Shown one piece after another: positions 5,893-8,022 of a stretch of DNA of 8,022 nt. A program made the translations under genes and the position numbers. The stretch is taken from assembly GCF_006345805.1 (NCBI RefSeq), contig NW_021828615.1, positions 1 through 8,022 on the forward strand. Direction: 5' to 3'. The DNA is from Octopus sinensis. Taxonomy: Eukaryota. The notes below the pieces were generated by a model, which ran no database searches, was not told the origin of the DNA, and saw only the letters and a list, made by a program, of their open reading frames with translations. Within the stretch, counting starts at the first letter, position 1, and each line of letters opens with the position of its first letter.

Positions 5893-7714
5893 AATTGATA
5901 GGGCTTTTTTCTAAAGAAGTGGGCAGTACGTATCAGCACAATACTTTGGATTACTCCGAGACATGGTTCTCCTGGGATATTATCTGGATGTGTCTGACAT
6001 CCCTTTTTTATCATACCAAGGGCACCTGCAATAACAGGAACAGTTCTCGATTTAAGATGCCATATCTTTTGTATTACAATTCCTTAAGTTTATTTAATTT
6101 ATCAAATTCCTTTAGAAATATGTTTTTATGAGTAGGAACACTTACATCTATTAGTCTAAAAGTATTTTCTTTTTTACTCTTGAATGACTATGTCTGGTAG
6201 ATTAGCCTGGATCGTTCTATCGGTGTTGACAGGAAAATTCCAGAAGGTAGTGACATTTTTACCTTCGGCAATTGGCTCAGGATGATGCTCATACCAGTAA
6301 GCAAGAGTGCTGATTTTGTAGTGTTTAGATATTTTCCAATTCAAATACTATCCTACCCTATCGTGGCGATTTTGCATCCGCTTGGTGGACGTCCTGAGAC
6401 GAGATGGTCTACTGTGTCATCAAATTTCTCGCGGAATCTGCATTTAAGGCCAGAACCGTTTTGAAAGACGTTAGCCTGGTAGTTTTTGGTAAGCAATACG
6501 AAACCATCAGTCTCTGCTTTCAGTCATGAGCTTCTTGGCTGCTGATGGATTGTTGCTTGGTCAACATCTGTATTTCGACTTTGAAGACTATACGGTCCAC
6601 GCAGAGGTTTCTGGCTCCACCGCTCCCCAATTTATTTCTGCTCGTTCTCTTCTGCAGTCTGTTTGATCCGTCTTGCTCTTTTCGTGGCAGTGGTTTCAGG
6701 TTCTTCATCTAATTCAGGGTTAATGCCAAGTTCCCTTGCAAATTTGCAAGCTTCCTTGACTATAGAATGTGATTTTTGATGCTTTCATTTTTGCACCCGA
6801 GCCGCAGTATCCAGTCCTCTGTACTAGATAAGTATTTGTTCATTACTATTATGAAGGTCTTATAGCACAGTTCTATCTGCATCATTCCTCTTCCCCCATT
6901 ACTTCTAGGTATGTACGATTAACGTGTTTTGGGGTAGTACAGGTTCTTAGATGTTAGTAGTTTTCTTGTCTTCCTGTCCAGGCGTTGAAGTTCTGTAAGA
7001 TTTTAGTTAAAGATGCTAACATTTTCGGACTGCTGGAAATGCCAGGGTGTTAATGACCTCGATGCGATTTTTGGAGTTGAGTTCAGTTTTTAGTATGATT
7101 GGTATTCTTCTAAAATACTCCTTTCGTATTTTTTACTTCATAGTAGCATGTTGTATACCATCTCCTTCGTTTACCCCCAGGTATTTGTAGCTTCCTTGTG
7201 CGTCAAGCTCCTTGAGGGTAGTGTCAGCATCTAATTCAATGGAAGCTGTTTGCTTGAAATTTCCCCTTACAAAAGTTGCTGAACTGTTTAATAGTTGTTA
7301 ACAGCCCTACTAGCTCTTCGTCATTTCTAGCAAATAGTTTCAGATCGACCATGCCTGGTGTTACTCGGTTCATTTGAGAGTGGGATCAGTGCCATGCAAC
7401 AGAGTACTGGGGAGAGGAAGTCACCTTGAAAGATGCCTCGTTTGATGTTGATGTTGCTAGATTGGCTCATCCCATTACTATGTCTTAGAAGGAGACGTGT
7501 ATTCCACTTGGTCATGCTACCTTGAAAGAATATGGAGACTGTAGGAGAGATCTTGTATATCTCAAGGAGATCAAGCGGGAAACTATCAAGTACTTACCTC
7601 TGGTCTATCCATGCCATACTCAGGTTCTTCTTGTTGTTCCGGCAATTTTCTACAATCATTTTATTTATGAGTAATTGATCTTTGCATCCATAAGAATTCC
7701 ATTTACAACCTTTT
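5893..7714 (-). pseudogene. 5'-truncated R4/Dong-clade non-LTR retrotransposon relic A (RT + CCHC + restriction-like endonuclease), multiply deleted and frameshifted
   Basis: Ordered motifs: KGC..SYGCKDQLLINKMI..LSMAWID; RGIFQGD (7420-7440); MVDLKLF (7332-7352, decayed YMDD); YKYLG (about 7175-7189); KTELNSKNRIEVINTLA; PRSNGGRG; TVDHLVSG; RHDRV; WYEH; TDRTIQANLPDIV (PD about 6192-6197); LIDVSVP; VPVIAGALG; RTAH..RK. Confidence 0.93.
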
Positions 7715-7724
7715 ACAGAAATAT

Positions 7725-8000
7725 CTAAATCCCTGCTATGATGTGGACGACGACGTCGACGAAAATAAGGGTGAACTGGTGTGGGCATCTTTCGTGCGAC
7801 ACGGCTTTCCACAGATCATCTCATTGCAGTCATGGGTCAAACGTAGACTAAGGTTAGGCTTTGGAATCTAGAATATTGTCAGGCACTCACTGTATTGTAC
7901 CAGCTGTCCAAAACCGTTTGCAGAAAAACAACCCCAAATTTCTATAGGGTGATAGTTGAAGGTATGACTGATGATGGCTTAGGATTGAATCTAGGCATCG
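7725..8000 (-). pseudogene. Probable Tc1-like DDE transposase remnant
   Basis: Colinear degenerate motifs on the minus strand: RFNPK, IWGCFSANGFGQLV (W codon 7934-7936), PCRT (cf. PCHT, 7804, same frame as IWG) and PHHSRDL (cf. WPxxSPDL, about 7737). Spacings are somewhat shorter than in Tc1. Confidence 0.5.
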
Positions 8001-8022
8001 ACGAGAACAATCTGAGTTAGTC

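Noticed and set aside
5893-7714. Functional or domesticated reverse transcriptase
   Set aside because: The catalytic YMDD is destroyed (MVD plus an upstream deletion), with many stops and frameshifts and a 5' truncation.

Overview
Eukaryotic, AT-rich, repeat-dense window with no recognisable host gene. The SINE families look like octopod (Octopus-type) tRNA-derived SINEs; this is pattern recognition, not a database hit. 1-5010 is a mosaic of six tRNA-derived SINE copies from about four families, two mariner-type MITEs bracketing a (CA)n tract, two candidate Helentron/Helitron2-like non-autonomous elements, microsatellites and short LINE scraps. 5064-8000 is a stack of co-oriented (minus strand) dead transposon coding relics: an L1/Tx1-like piece, two different R4/Dong-clade (RT + CCHC + REL endonuclease) LINEs and a probable Tc1 transposase remnant. 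All supplied ORFs are microsatellite/low-complexity artefacts or fragments of these relics. Best leads: (i) two independent SINE insertions whose target duplications both start with AGGTAT; (ii) a 69-bp piece of the local dead LINE copied into a MITE 2.4 kb away; (iii) a tandem pair of inverted-repeat-plus-hairpin elements; (iv) a degenerate minimal hammerhead-like motif in an unusual SINE-adjacent segment. Alignments and translations were done by eye, so boundaries of degenerate elements are approximate.
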